A stretch of 64,000 nucleotides of DNA from positions 108,190,001 through 108,254,000 of the forward strand of contig NC_043003.1 in assembly GCF_006345805.1 (NCBI RefSeq). The letters are read 5' to 3'. Of this stretch, positions 1-13,692 are shown one piece after another. The DNA comes from Octopus sinensis. Its lineage: Eukaryota. A program made the position numbers and the translations under genes. The notes below the pieces were generated by a model. That model saw only the letters and a list, made by a program, of their open reading frames with translations, had not been told where the DNA came from and searched no databases. The stretch's first letter is position 1; every line of letters begins with the position of its first letter.

Positions 1-89
1 TATAGGCTGGAATGGTCAATTTTGTCGGTGGCCCTCCCATTTGATAGGGGCAGAAGACAGTGCAACTTTGTGTCTCCGAACTCTTCCAT
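1..89 (-). CDS. Possible first coding segment of an unidentified host gene (MEEFGDTKLHCLLPLSNGRATDKIDHSSL...), running off the left edge
   Basis: Minus-strand ATG at 89 in AAAT-ATG-G context, first ATG after an in-frame TAA, open to the window edge. Putative acceptor (ttaaaatctatttcAG, plus-strand 229-230) upstream. Non-repetitive, GC-richer sequence. No domain recognised. Confidence 0.25.
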   Translation of the reverse strand, partial: MEEFGDTKLHCLLPLSNGRATDKIDHSSL

Positions 90-1090
90 ATTTTGTTTGC
101 CAGAGGCGGATGGTAAACGGGCTCTTACAGTCGGCTTTTCGATGCCCCCATTGGCGGCGTTACACTTATCTGGCCTTTAAATAGCGTTCATAAATAAGAC
201 CGGCACCCATAGCCCTTGGTAACAAATTCTGAAATAGATTTTAAGATATCTACAATTAACCACTGCAAGGGAAATTACTCCTGTAAGACAAACGGGGCTT
301 GTTTTTTCACAGCGGGGGGTTTCCTTGTCAAGGTAGGCTTAGATGAAAACACACACACAACATAAAACATAAAATATATATATATAATTTCTTTATTTTT
401 TTTCTTTCTGCCACCCAACGGTTATCACGGCAGTAGCCACTGACAGCCGAACGATCAAACGCACACACGTACACAAAAAATGTTTTCTACCCCTACGCCA
501 ACGCACACATATAAGAGAACAGTATACACACACACACGTCTCTAAGTAGATTTTTTCTCGCCCCTTATAAAACATCCAATATTCTTTAAATAGTCAGAAC
601 TTATTCTCGGTCACAAAGAACATCTATACACCCCCACCCACATGTTTGACCGATGCCTGACCTGTTGAATTCTTCAGCCACCGGTTCTCAACATACACTG
701 ATAAACAGTTTCGCCATGGGCTCTTAGGAGCACAGTTCGATTTGTTTTTTGCTCTGCCTCTGTTCTGTTTTTGTTTTTCCAACGGATTTCCTTTTTTCTT
801 CCTGAAGAGAAAGACACAATATGGTCCCATTATTCAATCGGATTTTGGTAATTTGTGCCTTTCGAAACACGTGTAGAATGAAATAAAACGATTTCTGTTC
901 AATCTGCGTTCAGCTCCATTTCTTCAATTCACCAATAATGTTTTAATTTCAATTATCCGCACCAACGCACGGTTGCAACGCCAGATGGTTGTACCTCCAA
1001 CCGTGCTGTTCACTGCTGTGATTTTGCTACTAAGGTATCGGTTAAACTTTTGATTAATCCACTACAAGATTATTCATCTTTCTATTTCAC

Positions 1091-1093
<3 letters not shown>

Positions 1094-1147
<54 letters not shown>

Positions 1148-1248
1148 GTATATATATATATGTGTGTGTGTATATGTATATATATATGTATATATATATA
1201 TGTGTGTGTGTGTATGTGTGTGTATATATAGAGAGAAAGGACAAAGAC

Positions 1249-1284
<36 letters not shown>

Positions 1285-1290
1285 TGTGTG
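1094..1290. repeat. Compound (TA)n/(TG)n/(GA)n microsatellite
   Basis: Directly visible dinucleotide runs. Confidence 0.95.
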
Positions 1291-1679
1291 TGTGTTGCGG
1301 CTTCGCGTTTGCTTGATGTCGTGTCTCATTATGTCCCATTCTATCAGCGAATGTTTTGTTCACTGTTCTTCTTCGTATCGGGGCTCAGATTTCTTTCCGT
1401 CAGATGAGGATCGAGTGAACAGCATTGACAAGTCTCAACAAAGGTTAAAAAGCGAGTCACTGCAGCGTTGAGATTCGTCTGTTTGTCTTTCTGTCTGTCT
1501 TTCTCTCCTCTTTTCTCACCGATACACATTTTGTTTTTAACACAACAAATCTATGAGATTTTATGTCAGACAGTTCCACTGCTTCATGCCTTCCAGCTAT
1601 ATGTTTAGTATGATACAGACTCACACAATCACACACACACACACACAAATACACACACATATGTGTGTACATATATCTG

Positions 1680-1739
<60 letters not shown>

Positions 1740-1828
1740 GTATGTATATATGTATGTTTAAATGTGTATACATATACGTATATGTGTGTATGTAAGCATG
1801 TATGCATGTATGTATGTGTGCGCGCGCG

Positions 1829-1859
<31 letters not shown>

Positions 1860-3594
1860 AAAGTGAGAGAAGGACAAATTTATTATTGGGTAAAGCTTTA
1901 CAAATCGCTTTTGAAAAATCTTGATGCTGATCATTAGAGTTTTATGAAAAGAAAATATAAAAATGTGATTCGTAAGCTGTTTCCAGAAAAAAATGCTTGA
2001 ATAGCACCAGTCGGTCACTGTTCATATATCTGTAATGTTTGAAAAACAAAGACGGTTATACTTTTAACACTTTGCGTAATAATGGTAAAAGGGAATGATA
2101 TATATATGTGAAAATCATCTATGTAAATATACAAAAAAATATATATGGGCAATTAAGGAAATATGCGTGCGTGTGTGAAAATAATGGTGCTCGATTAAGT
2201 GTTGCTAATGTTGCAAAGTCTTTAAAAAAGACAAAAGAAAACGATGTTAAAATGGAGATTTATTATGTTCGTGATTATAACTTTGGTAGTTTCAGTTTAA
2301 CCTTTTGTAGATATTTCATTTATTTTGTGTTGTTTTATTAATTTAAACGTTAAAAAAAAAAACAAGGAAGCCATTACTGTCTTTAAAAAGTCTATCGAAT
2401 AATATAATAAAATTTAATGAAATGACTAAACAAGAAGAAAACAAAGGCGTTTAAATGTTTTTGTTGTAAAATCTTTTGGTTTCGTCTATGAAATGAAAGA
2501 TCTTAGATCCTTGAAAATATATTGTATTTTTAACATTAGTAACCTTTTGAAGATTGGCTTTAAATTTTTATCTTTCTCAATCTGATCATTTTAATATTAA
2601 AATATTTAACGCTATACATTTCTGCTGAATAGTGTCCACAAGAGCATAAAAGTGATCCCATACGACAAGTTCGCCTGTTCGTGTTACAATACAGTTTAGA
2701 TAAATATGAACAGTGTATCAACAACAAAATCATTGTTTGGATGTATTGTTCAATAATTGATAAAACTATCAGTTACTGATAAATCTGTTTTAGATAATGA
2801 AGGATTAAAGTGCGATAATTTATTTATTGATTTCCTTTTTCTAGTATGTTTCCCGCCTTTGATTGATTATGTTTTACTTAATGGTTTTCTTCGGAATAAA
2901 GTTTGGAGTGTAATCTATACATATTTTTTTTCTTCATTTTAATCCTCCTCCTTCTTTTGGCTAAATCATCCGTTTTCTCTCTCTCGTTCTCTTGCTATCA
3001 AAAAATTGTTTTGTTATTTTCAAATAAATAACTATTTATATTAAACACTATACTTTCAATTCTCAATTTTCTTTCAACGCGATCTCTTCTTTATTGAAAT
3101 AGAATTTTCCTCCACAGTATTTGTCTCTCGGAATCTAAAGATATTACTTCTTACCGCCCTCAGACGCATTTTGTAATATCATGGCTTAATTTTAAGCTGA
3201 TATTTTCATTAATATGCTAAAAATTTCGAGTAACACCATACCTTACTTAATTATCTGAATTTGATTTCAATCCTATGGGATCCACTAGCTAATATTTTGA
3301 TTGAATATCAAAATGAAATTCTTTTGTTCCTCTTCATTTCTTTCATAATTTTAAAGGATTTTAATTGTCCTTCCAAATGTTACCAAAAGTCAAACTGCAT
3401 TCCTATTTTCTTTCGTTTCTTTTCTTTTTTTCTGTTCTTAAATTAAGCAGTTACTAATCCAGGCTTCTTAGAATGCTGCTTCACGAAAAATAAGTATTTT
3501 GAAAGTATAACTTGACGCAACGCTTTTTCTCTTTGAGTATAAAATTTTCCACTAGTTTGAAGAGAAGTATTACCAATATTTCCCCATTCTTCAT

Positions 3595-3811
3595 GCAGCG
3601 ACCTGACAGAAACGTTAGCACCCCGAACGGAATGCTTAGTGGGATTTCGTCTGTCTTTACGTTCTGAGTTCAAATTCCGCCGAACTCGACTTTGCCTTTC
3701 ATCCTTTCGGGGTCGATGAATTCAGTACCAGTTGCGTACCGGAGTCGATCTAATCTACTGGTCTCTTCCCCAAAAATTTCGGGCCTTGTGCCTAGAGTAG
3801 AAAAGAATATT
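3595..3811 (+). mobile_element. tRNA-derived SINE, family S1 (octopus OK-type; core resembles the Nin domain)
   Basis: Decayed A-box head (gacagaaacgttagc), B-box gagttcaaattcc, core ctttgcctttcatcctttcggggtcgat, tail ggccttgtgcctagagtagaaaagaat. More than 15 related copies in the window. Family name recalled, not searched. Confidence 0.85.
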
Positions 3812-4235
3812 TTCTCATTCTCAAAACTATTTAAAATTTAAATTGATCGTTGAAAATTCCCTTATTATATAAGCTAAGTGTATTTTATATACACTTACTA
3901 TATATAAACACGTATAATATATATACACACGTATTATATATATATGTACATATGTATGCACACATATACATACATGAAACTGTAAAAATCTGCAATATTT
4001 TCCAGAAGTTTATCATTTACTTATATATGAGCATGTCTAAATAAGCATGAGAATCCATACATAAAGCAAAACATACAAATCTGCACACATACATACATAC
4101 AAACAATAATACTCTGTTGTTGATGTTGAAATTCCAATGAAGGAGCCTTGGATCTCCGTTAGAAACCGGCTCTTTTTCTATTGGCAAGAAATCTTGAAAT
4201 AAAACTGAACAATGACATACATACTTACATATATA

Positions 4236-5502
4236 CAGAGTGCGATGAATAAATTATCGTCTAAATTACGCAAAAATGAAAATAAAACTGACAACTCATT
4301 TTAATTTATATATTTACCAAAATTACATTAAAATATCTTGAAATAGTAAAGAGTAATTTTATTCAATAAAATCGCCATTGGCTTTAACCACAACCTCTTC
4401 TTCTGCAACTGTATTGGACGGTCTCCTTGTTAAAGTTGGTTAATGCCTCCATAATCCTTGCCTTCAGTTCATCTTTGGTGTTACAAGGAGTTTTGTTGGT
4501 CTCCCGCTCAACTGCACCCCACACATAATAATCAAGAGGGATGCAGTTTGGAGAGTTAGGTGACCAGATGTTAAGGGTGATGTGGTCATAGAAATTATCT
4601 TACAACCATGACTTGGTTCTCCTGCTTGTGTGGCATGGTGCAGAGCCATGTTGCCAAACATAGATTCTTCCAACAGCAACTCTCTTGACCCAGGGTAGCA
4701 CTATCTCCTTCAGGCACTTGATGTAGGCCTCCGTGTTGAGCCTAAATCCGTATTGGGAGATAAATAGAGGCATAACTTCGCCATCACTAGTGATCGCTCC
4801 AAACACAATGCTGTGGACTGGATGTTTGATTTTTATCACTCTCGGTACATGTTTTGGACAAGCCACCGGTTGTTCTGTGTGTTCTCCATCTGATACTGGC
4901 AGAAATTGTTCTCGTTTGAGAAACCAAAGCATATTCGGTTGGAGGGGGCACTTGAGTCTGTTCATAACCTACGTAGTGCGGTCTTGTTTTTGATGGCTTC
5001 AGATGAAAATAATTGGCTCTTCTCATCTTGTATGAGGAATACCGAATGTCTTGATGCACTACCTGCCTGATAAGAAACTCAAACACTCCAATGGCCCTGG
5101 CGATGGACCTGATTGACTTGAAGTGATCATTATCAATCTTGGCATAGATCATACCAACAAATCCAGGAGTTCTTTTCTGATCAGAACGATTAGAGTGTGT
5201 TTTTCGAGCTGCCGTACCAGTATAATCACCATTAGACTCTCTTCGAATCTTCTGCACTGTCCCCAGATCAACACCCAAACACTCTGGAAAATGCGTATTG
5301 GAGCTTCCGGCGCAAATGTCTAGCGGTACAGCATGTCGTTTCCAGATTTCTGGCAGAGTGAATTCCGTCATGGTACTGTTTTTCTCACAAACAGTGCCCA
5401 ACTGACCCTACTATACTGTGTAGACGACAAAATAAAAAATAAACAATGCACATGCGCGAATTTAAAAATATAAAGTGACCACAACTTACCCATCACACTC
5501 TA
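4236..5502 (-). mobile_element. Decayed Tc1/mariner transposon, DD37D (maT-like)
   Basis: Imperfect ~26-bp TIRs (cagagtgcgatgaataaattatcgtc at 4236; tagagtgtgatgggtaagttgtggtc read inward from 5502), both flanked by TA. Minus-strand transposase pieces: VWQH(G)SAPCHTS...SPNSPNCIPLDYYVWG with 37 residues between the second and third catalytic positions. Stops and frameshifts. Confidence 0.85.
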
Positions 5503-5506
5503 TATG

Positions 5507-5577
<71 letters not shown>

Positions 5578-6344
5578 CGCTCAGAAGCAGCTCACGGTAC
5601 CAGAATTTTCAACTCGAGTCAAATATAACAAAGTTTCCCAAATCCCTGTTAGAATATCCGCACAGGTGCATTCAAGATCGGTTGGTTTGTACTGGCATCG
5701 ATTTGTATTAGTTGTCATAATGAAGTGAAACTACTTTGTTTGACTTCATTATTACAACTATATACACATGATATAAATATAAACATAAGTGATATATCTT
5801 TGATATTATACTAATAGCGTCATTTTATTTAATAATCTTTTCCACTTTTAAAGCAGAGTGTGGCCAAATATCAATAATTTTAATAATTTTTAGTGCTGTT
5901 AATAATTGGCTCATTAAAACAATTTCATTACATTTATAATTGATATATTCGAGGTTATGAAGAATTAATTGCATAGTAGAAAGATCAGATTGTTGTTCAT
6001 TTCGTTTGTACATTTTATTGCAAAAGATAGAGCTTTGCACAACTTATTTCTGTTATTGTTAATAACTAAAAGCAGTGTTCGGTCTTGACTGAGTTTATAG
6101 AAAGCATAAAAAAGTTCACATGACTGTAGCCTTCTTGTAATGATGTTTCATGCAATATTACAGCTAACTAGGTAATAAAACTATGTCCTGCAGATTGAAG
6201 CAATTTAACATTGATAATACATAAATGCATACATACGTACATACATGCGATCATCAGCAAAATCTTGTATTTCACAGTTTCATATAATGAAGTAAAAAGA
6301 TCTGCTGTAAAGAATGGTTTTTGATATAGGCAGAAGGCTAGTAA

Positions 6345-6513
6345 TTATATTAATAAGGCGATACCATCGACCTCAGTAGTAGACTGGAGACTTACTTTAT
6401 CGACTCTGAAGCAACGAAAGGCAAGGTGATCTCGGTGAGTGGTGGTGGTGGTGGTATTATTATCATTATTATTATTATAATTATTATTATTGTTATTATT
6501 GTTATTATTATTA

Positions 6514-6593
<80 letters not shown>

Positions 6594-6725
6594 CTCTGAG
6601 TTCAAATCCTGCCGCGGCCGACTTTGCTTTTCATACTCTTGGTGTCGATAAAATAAGTACTAGTCAAGTACTGGAGTCGATGTAATCGACTAACCCTCTT
6701 CCCCCAACATTTCTGGCCTTGTGTT
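6345..6725. mobile_element. Two oppositely oriented S1 SINE fragments flanking a (TTA)n tract
   Basis: Minus-strand core 6345-6437, (TTA/TTG)n 6455-6590, plus-strand B-box+core+tail 6593-6725. Confidence 0.75.
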
Positions 6726-7567
6726 TATTGCTTATTATTGTTGTTGTTGCCGTCGTTGTCTAAATGACTCTCTGACACTGTTATCTATAGTGCTATTGCT
6801 TTTAAGTTGTGGTGTTTTTTTTTACTAAGGACTCTATTACATTTGTGCGATTTTGCTTTGGTTGAATTTTTTCAGGACTATGAGCAATGATTATTGTATT
6901 TGTTAGTGGAACTTAAATCATCTATTCTGCTACCTTTAAGACCTCTATGTAGATCGACATAGCTTTAATTAATTAGTGATTCTGGGAATAGTTTATTTAT
7001 TAATTTAGTTTTGATGCTTCAATGTTTTGATTGATTATTCAGCTCGGTTTATTAATTAACAACCATAGCGATTGGGGTTTGTAACCTTCCATCATTATTG
7101 TTAGGATGCGCTCTTCTCTATCTTTTGCAGATTCTATGAATAACTACAGGGAACTTTGGTTTAATTAGAAATAAACCTCATTATTTTTTTCTTTTAAAAA
7201 ATCTCTTCTATGGTAGCTTAAATTCTTCTTCTTGGTGTTTTAGTACTGTTACAGCTAGCTGTTCTAATTTGATACTTTTTGTTTTTTTCGATCAAATTTA
7301 TTTCGTTAATTAAAACTCCCATTTTATGCATTTCTGAAAGGCAATCTTTTCTGGTAGAATACCACCATTTCTTTGCCGTATAATAATATGTGAGTTGTTG
7401 TTGTGTTTGTATAGGACTGAATTTTTTTTTAATGTAACTGGATTTGGGGTTTAATTAATGATCGGATTTTTCAGACTCGTTTCATTGTGTTTTCCTTTTT
7501 GTCTGTTTTTTTTTTTACTAAAAATGTCCCGAATATTTTTCAGTTTGTTATTATCAACACATTGTAA

Positions 7568-7754
7568 GGTCAGTGAGCTGGCAGAATCGTTAGCCCAACG
7601 GTCATAATGCTTTGCCGCTTTTCTTCTAGTTTTAAGTTCAAATTCCGCCGAGATCAAGTATGCTTGGGGTGGGGGTCGATAAAATAAATATTATTTAAAC
7701 GACTGCTATTTCCCGACAATTTCAGGCCTTGTGCCTATTGTCAAAAGAATTATT
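7568..7754 (+). mobile_element. S1 SINE
   Basis: gagctggcagaatcgttagc head, agttcaaattccgccgag B-box, ggggtcgataaaataa core, ggccttgtgcct tail. Confidence 0.8.
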
Positions 7755-8549
7755 AATACATTGTTCTACCACAGCTAGATTCTGTTTACTCTACTTTTAC
7801 ATTTTTTGTTCTTGCCTTAATTTTTTTCTTCGAGTTCACTGAATTTGGTAGAGAATTTAATTTCGCCTGGTGATGCTGTTTGTTGATGTTTATTAAGTAC
7901 ACCAACTAAAATCATTATTATTAAGCCACACACGAGTCAGTGAATCTTTCTTACTCGTTTATGTGATTTGGTTGCTTTTGAACAATAGTATCAGATTGGT
8001 GGTAAATGGTCATATTTGGAATATGTTAACCCGATTTGTTTTCAAGTGCTTTGATTTCCCCCAACCTCATAGGTCTTTTTTTTATAGTGTGTTTCCTGTT
8101 TAGTGATGTAAAACTAGTAATTTTCTGCTTGATGAAGCAGTTTCCAGATTGTTTGTCACTGTTTTATAGGAATTTTCTGCAAGTACAAATTCAGCTAATT
8201 TTTATTTTCTTTATAACGTTATTAAAGGCCAGAGTAATAAATCAGCATGCTACTAGGTAACTGACGATAACGAATGACTCACTATAAGAAAGCATTTCGC
8301 TCAACATATTTGTTGCATTCCCAAACAATTAACCGAAATATATTTTAGGAGATGGCTAAGTACAATAAGAAAGTGTAATACAAATACAGAGTGCGACAAA
8401 ACAAAAAGCATCCCACATTTGTTGCTTCGATTCACATTGGTTTCAGATTTTGGCATTTTTCAAATGTCAGCAATATAGGGGGAGTGGTAAATCGATTACA
8501 TCGACCCCACTGTTCAACTGGTATTTATTTTATCATACCCAATGCTCAA

Positions 8550-11476
8550 CCACCCGTACTATGCCTCCGCGAAAATCCCAACGATTCTCTGTGGTAAAAA
8601 GATTAGAAAACAACATTTCCACAAAAAGCCTACTTGGCAAGAGCGTACTCAACACCAAATTCAGCTGCTTAGGTCTGACATAGAATTTTTTTAAAAACCT
8701 TAAGTCTGACAAGACTACCAAACCTACAAAAATCCGAAAATTAAAGGAAACATATTACGAAAAAGTATATTTGACATCGATACCACCATAGATGCTATCA
8801 AGCAAAATGTATGTGTTAAGCTGATCACATAGCAAGGTATGAAAAACGCGTTAGATTCTTCAAAGACAACAACATGTTCGAAAATAACCCCTAAGAATTT
8901 TACAATACAGGGAAAATATCAGTTACATCATTTTGGAATAAAATTTAGGCAGAAGAAAAAAGGTCCCTTGGATTGATAGAATATCTACAGACTTAAATTC
9001 CTTAGAAGAGCAAAAGCGAGAGGTATGAAGGTAGAGGATGTAAGATCTGCTTTCAGGAAGTCAAACAAATGGAAGTCTCCAGGAAAGGATGAAATTCCTG
9101 ACTTCTGGTTGAATGCTTCCCTAGAGAGCCATGAACTGCTAACAAAACTTTACAACAATGTTTTGCAACAACCTAGTATGATTCCCTATTGGCTTGTTAA
9201 TGGTATAACATTCCTACTTCCAAAAAATGAAGAAACAAATGGACCAAAAAATTATGGACCCATAACCTGCTTAACAATAATGTATAAAATGCTAACATCT
9301 GTCTTGACTGAGCGTACCTATAGTTTTTTAATAGAAAGTGGCATATTCCCTAATGAGAAAAGGGATGTAAACGTGGGCCCTATGGTTGTAAAGATCAGCT
9401 ACTCTTCAATAAGATGATTTTTACAACCATAGTCACAAACGTCACAAAAACTTGTCGGTAGCCTGGATAGCCTATAAAAAAGCTTTTGTTAGTCTACCAC
9501 ATAGCTGGATTAAGAAATGTGTGGAAATGTATGAAATAGCGCCTACTCTGCGAAACTTCTTGTCGGTAAGCATGCGATCAATGAGAACCACACTGACTTT
9601 GAACAGTAACAATGGATCTCTTAATGCTGGAGATGTAAGAATTCCATGTGGCATTTTCCATGGTGACTCTTTATCACCACTCCTCTTTTGTCTAGCCTCA
9701 ATATCTCTTTCGAAATTGCTCGATGATGTACAAAAAAAATACGGCTATAAAATGTTTGATGAAATTATAAATCATCTCATTTACATGGATGATTTAAAGC
9801 TCTTTGCAAAAATGACTAACAACTACAGGGCTTACTAGCGAGTGTTAAACAATCCAGTGATGACATCAGGATGCAATATGTCCTCGATAAATGTGCAAAA
9901 GATGCCTTTATCAAAGGAAAAATGACAGAAACATCCAATGTTAATCTTGACCAGCAGAATGTCACAGAGGAGTTAAAACCAGCGGAGAGCTACAAATACC
10001 TAGGGGTATTTGAAGGGGACGGGATCAAACATTCAGTGATGAGAGAAAGTATCAGAGGAGACTGTTGTTGCAGGGTAAGGGCAAAACTCAAGACAGACCT
10101 GAATGCAAGAAACAGGATCGAAGCGAGCAATACTTTAGCCATACAGTTTCAATATCATTAACTGGTCAATTACTGAAATATGTAACCTTGACAGAAAAAT
10201 AGGAAAATTATAGACAATGCCTAGAATGCACCACCCTAAGGCAGATATAGAATGAGATTATCTGCTCAGAAAAGAGGGTGGTCATGGGCTTTTACAACTA
10301 GAATTAACAACGAAGATTGCTACAATTGGCCTAGATACCTACCTGAAAAACTCTGATGGCTTGATGTTAAGCTTGTCTCAAGGTATGAAAACAAGAAAAC
10401 ATCATACTAAATGAATTTCAAATATAACAAATTTTAGAATTAGATGTACTAGAAGCAAGCACAGAAAAAGCTAATCGTATGAAAGCCCGGGCTAAAACTG
10501 CTGCCTTAGATATTCTTAATGGTAAATGACAAGAAAAACCTTTCAGTGGCAAATACCAAAAGAGAGCTAATGGTACCGATATTGACAAAGCCCTTGCCCA
10601 TCAAAGGTTAGTGTTCTCTGGATTAAAATCAGAAACAGAAGGGTCTATCAAAACAGCCCAAGATCAATGCCTACCGACAAGGAACTACCAGGCCAGCATA
10701 TTAAATCACGGCAGTAGCCCAATATGTCGTGTATGTCAACGACAAAATGAAACCATTGATCATGTCTCCATGTGCAGTCGTCTTGCGCCTACAGAGTATC
10801 TCAACGGGCATGATAGAGTAGCACAATATATTCACTGGGTAATTTGCAAAAGCCTGGACCTGCCAATTGATAAAATCTGGTGGGAACACGAACCACCTCC
10901 AGTGCTTGAAAATGATCACATCTCACTCCTCTGGAACTTCATCATTCAAACTGACAGAAAGATAGATGCGAATAGGCCAGCCATTATATTGAAAGACTTC
11001 AGATAAAAATCATGCCTCCTCATTGATATGACTGTCCCAGTCGACATATGTCTCTGCCAAGACCTACCAAAAATTGAGCAAGTATAAAGCTCTTGAAATA
11101 GAAATTGACAAAATGTGGAACCTGAAGACTAAAACAATACCTGTTGTCATAGGTGCCCTAGGAATGATAGCAAAAGGGGCTGAATGCTACGTAACTCAGA
11201 TACCAGGAAACCGCAAAATGGCAGAAATTCAAAAGATAATGCTCATGGGGACTGCTAATATCCTTTGTAAAATACTATCCTCGTAATCTCAAATTTTAAT
11301 AACAATCTCATAATTTTCTTCTGTTTTTTTAAACATTCTCTAGAACAATACTACGAGCAAAATCAAATGTATGACAACCTAGGCATAACACCAACATGAA
11401 CTTCTAACTTGTTGTCTCTTGAGATCTATGGGTATGACTTGGAGCCAACTTGTACTAATACAAATCTAGTCAAACA

Positions 11477-11477
<1 letters not shown>
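8550..11477 (+). mobile_element. Decayed near-full-length R4/Dong-type non-LTR retrotransposon (family A): RT, CCHC zinc knuckle, REL endonuclease, 3' UTR
   Basis: ORF pieces: WKSPGKDEIPDFWL, KNYGPITCL, AYKKAFVSLPHSW, GIFHGDSLSPLLF, YMDDLKLF, YKYLG, CRVC..ETIDH..C, RPAI, KYKALEIEIDKMWNLKT..PVVIGALG. 3' UTR ends in an (AAT)n tail. Many stops and frameshifts. Confidence 0.9.
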
Positions 11478-11529
<52 letters not shown>

Positions 11530-11554
11530 TAATAACAATAATAACAATAATAAC

Positions 11555-11649
<95 letters not shown>

Positions 11650-11668
11650 TAACAACAACAATAACAAT

Positions 11669-11703
<35 letters not shown>
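11478..11703. repeat. (AAT)n grading into (AAC)n; tail and target between two LINEs
   Basis: Visible trinucleotide run. Confidence 0.95.
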
Positions 11704-11706
<3 letters not shown>

Positions 11707-12436
11707 GACCAAAGCCTCCCCACCAGAAATTACCAAAAACATGTAATGAAAAGAAATATTACAAGTAACTGCAGAATATGTGGAGATGGACAAGAAACAA
11801 TAAATCATATTATCTCTGGCTGCCCAGTCCTGGCTAAGAAGGAATATATTCACAGACATGACAGAGTTGGAACCTACATACATTGGAAGCTATGCCAACA
11901 TTATGGAATAACAACAAAAAAAAGATGGTATAGGCACACACCAGAAAAGGTCACAGAAAACGAGAAAGCAACCATACTCTGGGATATGCCGATACACACA
12001 GATAGAGAAATTAAGGCCAACAGACCAGATATAGTTGTCAGAGATCATGAAGAAAAAAAATGCTTTCTAATTGATGTATCAATACCGGCAGATGACAACG
12101 TGTCTCTAAAAGAAATGGAGAAACTCTCAAAATACAAAGACCTGGAAATAGAGATAAGTAGAATGTGGAACCTGAAAACGGAAACAATTCCTATCATAGT
12201 AGGTGCATTAGGCATGATAAAAAAATATTCAGACAAATACATAACAAAAACACCAGGACTTACAAACACATATAACATACAGAAAATTGCACTACTAGGC
12301 ACTGCACACATCCTACGCAGAACACTTTCCATACAATAACCATCAGAGCATCACGACAAATCACAGCACATACCCAAGGCATACAGAGCTGCGCTCGGTA
12401 GTGAAGTGAAAGCACGCTATAAAAATAAAACTACTG
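11704..12436 (+). mobile_element. 5'-truncated R4/Dong-type LINE (family B) with intact C-terminal zinc knuckle + REL frame and a distinct 3' UTR
   Basis: Uninterrupted QDQSLPTRNYQ...CRICGDGQETINHIISGC...RHDRVG...RPDIVV...KYKDLEIEISRMWNLKT...GALG to stop at 12339. 3' UTR unlike family A; (AAT)n tail. Confidence 0.9.
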
Positions 12437-12455
12437 AATAATAATAATAATAATA

Positions 12456-12484
<29 letters not shown>

Positions 12485-12486
<2 letters not shown>

Positions 12487-12962
12487 GCCCTGATCCAGTA
12501 CCAGGCAATGGCTCTCATGGCTTCTGATCTTAACTGATTGGAAGTGTTATCATGTACATTGTTTTGTCTTGGTATAAAAGATGGGCTACAGCAAATATTC
12601 TGCTCAATACCACAGATTTGTTTGTCAGTTGTTTGACCTTAGCCAGTTGAGCATGTCCCTTAGTGGCTGACGATATGTGCATCTCTGATCACGAGCAGAA
12701 GTAGTGGGGGAGCATCATAGCCATGTGTTGAGAGGGAATCTTTGGGGTTTGAATAATTCACCTCTGGAAACATGGGTGGTTCTTTCAACATCCTTAAACA
12801 ACCCTTATTCAGGGACCGTTTGAGCGCACATATGTCGCGCACATATGGTTGTGATGCATGTGCCTGGTGTGCCCTTATCAGACGGGTAGTCATGATGGGT
12901 ATATTGGGCTTCGTATATTTTACCCCAGTGTCACTTTGATGGCATGAACTGCTCTCTCACTC
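12485..12962 (+). mobile_element. Non-coding (AAT)n-tailed retroposon segment (family D), probably a long LINE 3' UTR or SINE
   Basis: Same sequence recurs at 24518-24983 and 25029-25492. Always ends gctctctcactc+(AAT)n. Variable 5' truncation. No coding motif. Confidence 0.7.
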
Positions 12963-12966
12963 AATA

Positions 12967-12998
<32 letters not shown>

Positions 12999-13044
12999 GA
13001 TATAATAATAATAATGATGATAATAATAATAATAATAATAATAA

Positions 13045-13075
<31 letters not shown>

Positions 13076-13483
13076 AACAACAACAACAACAACAAAAACA
13101 GCAACAACAACAATGAGATGTTTAATAAAAACATTAGTACTATATACACCTTAGTAAACTTGAGTACGTCTATGTCTGCACACATATATGTGTTTACATG
13201 AGAGTGTGTATTTTGTGTGTGTATTGTTATATATGGGCATATGAGTGTATACACGTGAATCACTTTTGTGTCATGAGGTTAAACCACAATTTTGTCTGAA
13301 GATATTTTTTTCTGGAATGTGCTTCCGCAGATGACAAAGGAAAATATTTTCGCAAATGCTATACAGAATACTAAACTTCAGTTAGATTTGAATTATACAT
13401 GAGCCAATAAATAATTACTTCTTCCCCAGAAAGAAAGAAAAATGGTATTCTATGAAATAGTAGTAAAGGAAACATTATAGATA

Positions 13484-13541
<58 letters not shown>

Positions 13542-13613
13542 TATGTATATATATATACATACATATATATATATACGCACATATACATACATATATATGT
13601 ATATATATATATG

Positions 13614-13656
<43 letters not shown>

Positions 13657-13692
13657 AGATAAGAAAGTTTGTTTGGTAAAGCACGTGGGTGA

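Noticed and set aside
8385-8420. TA+cagagtgcgac as a second DD37D terminus
   Set aside because: Only ~10 bp of similarity, no partner TIR or transposase sequence.
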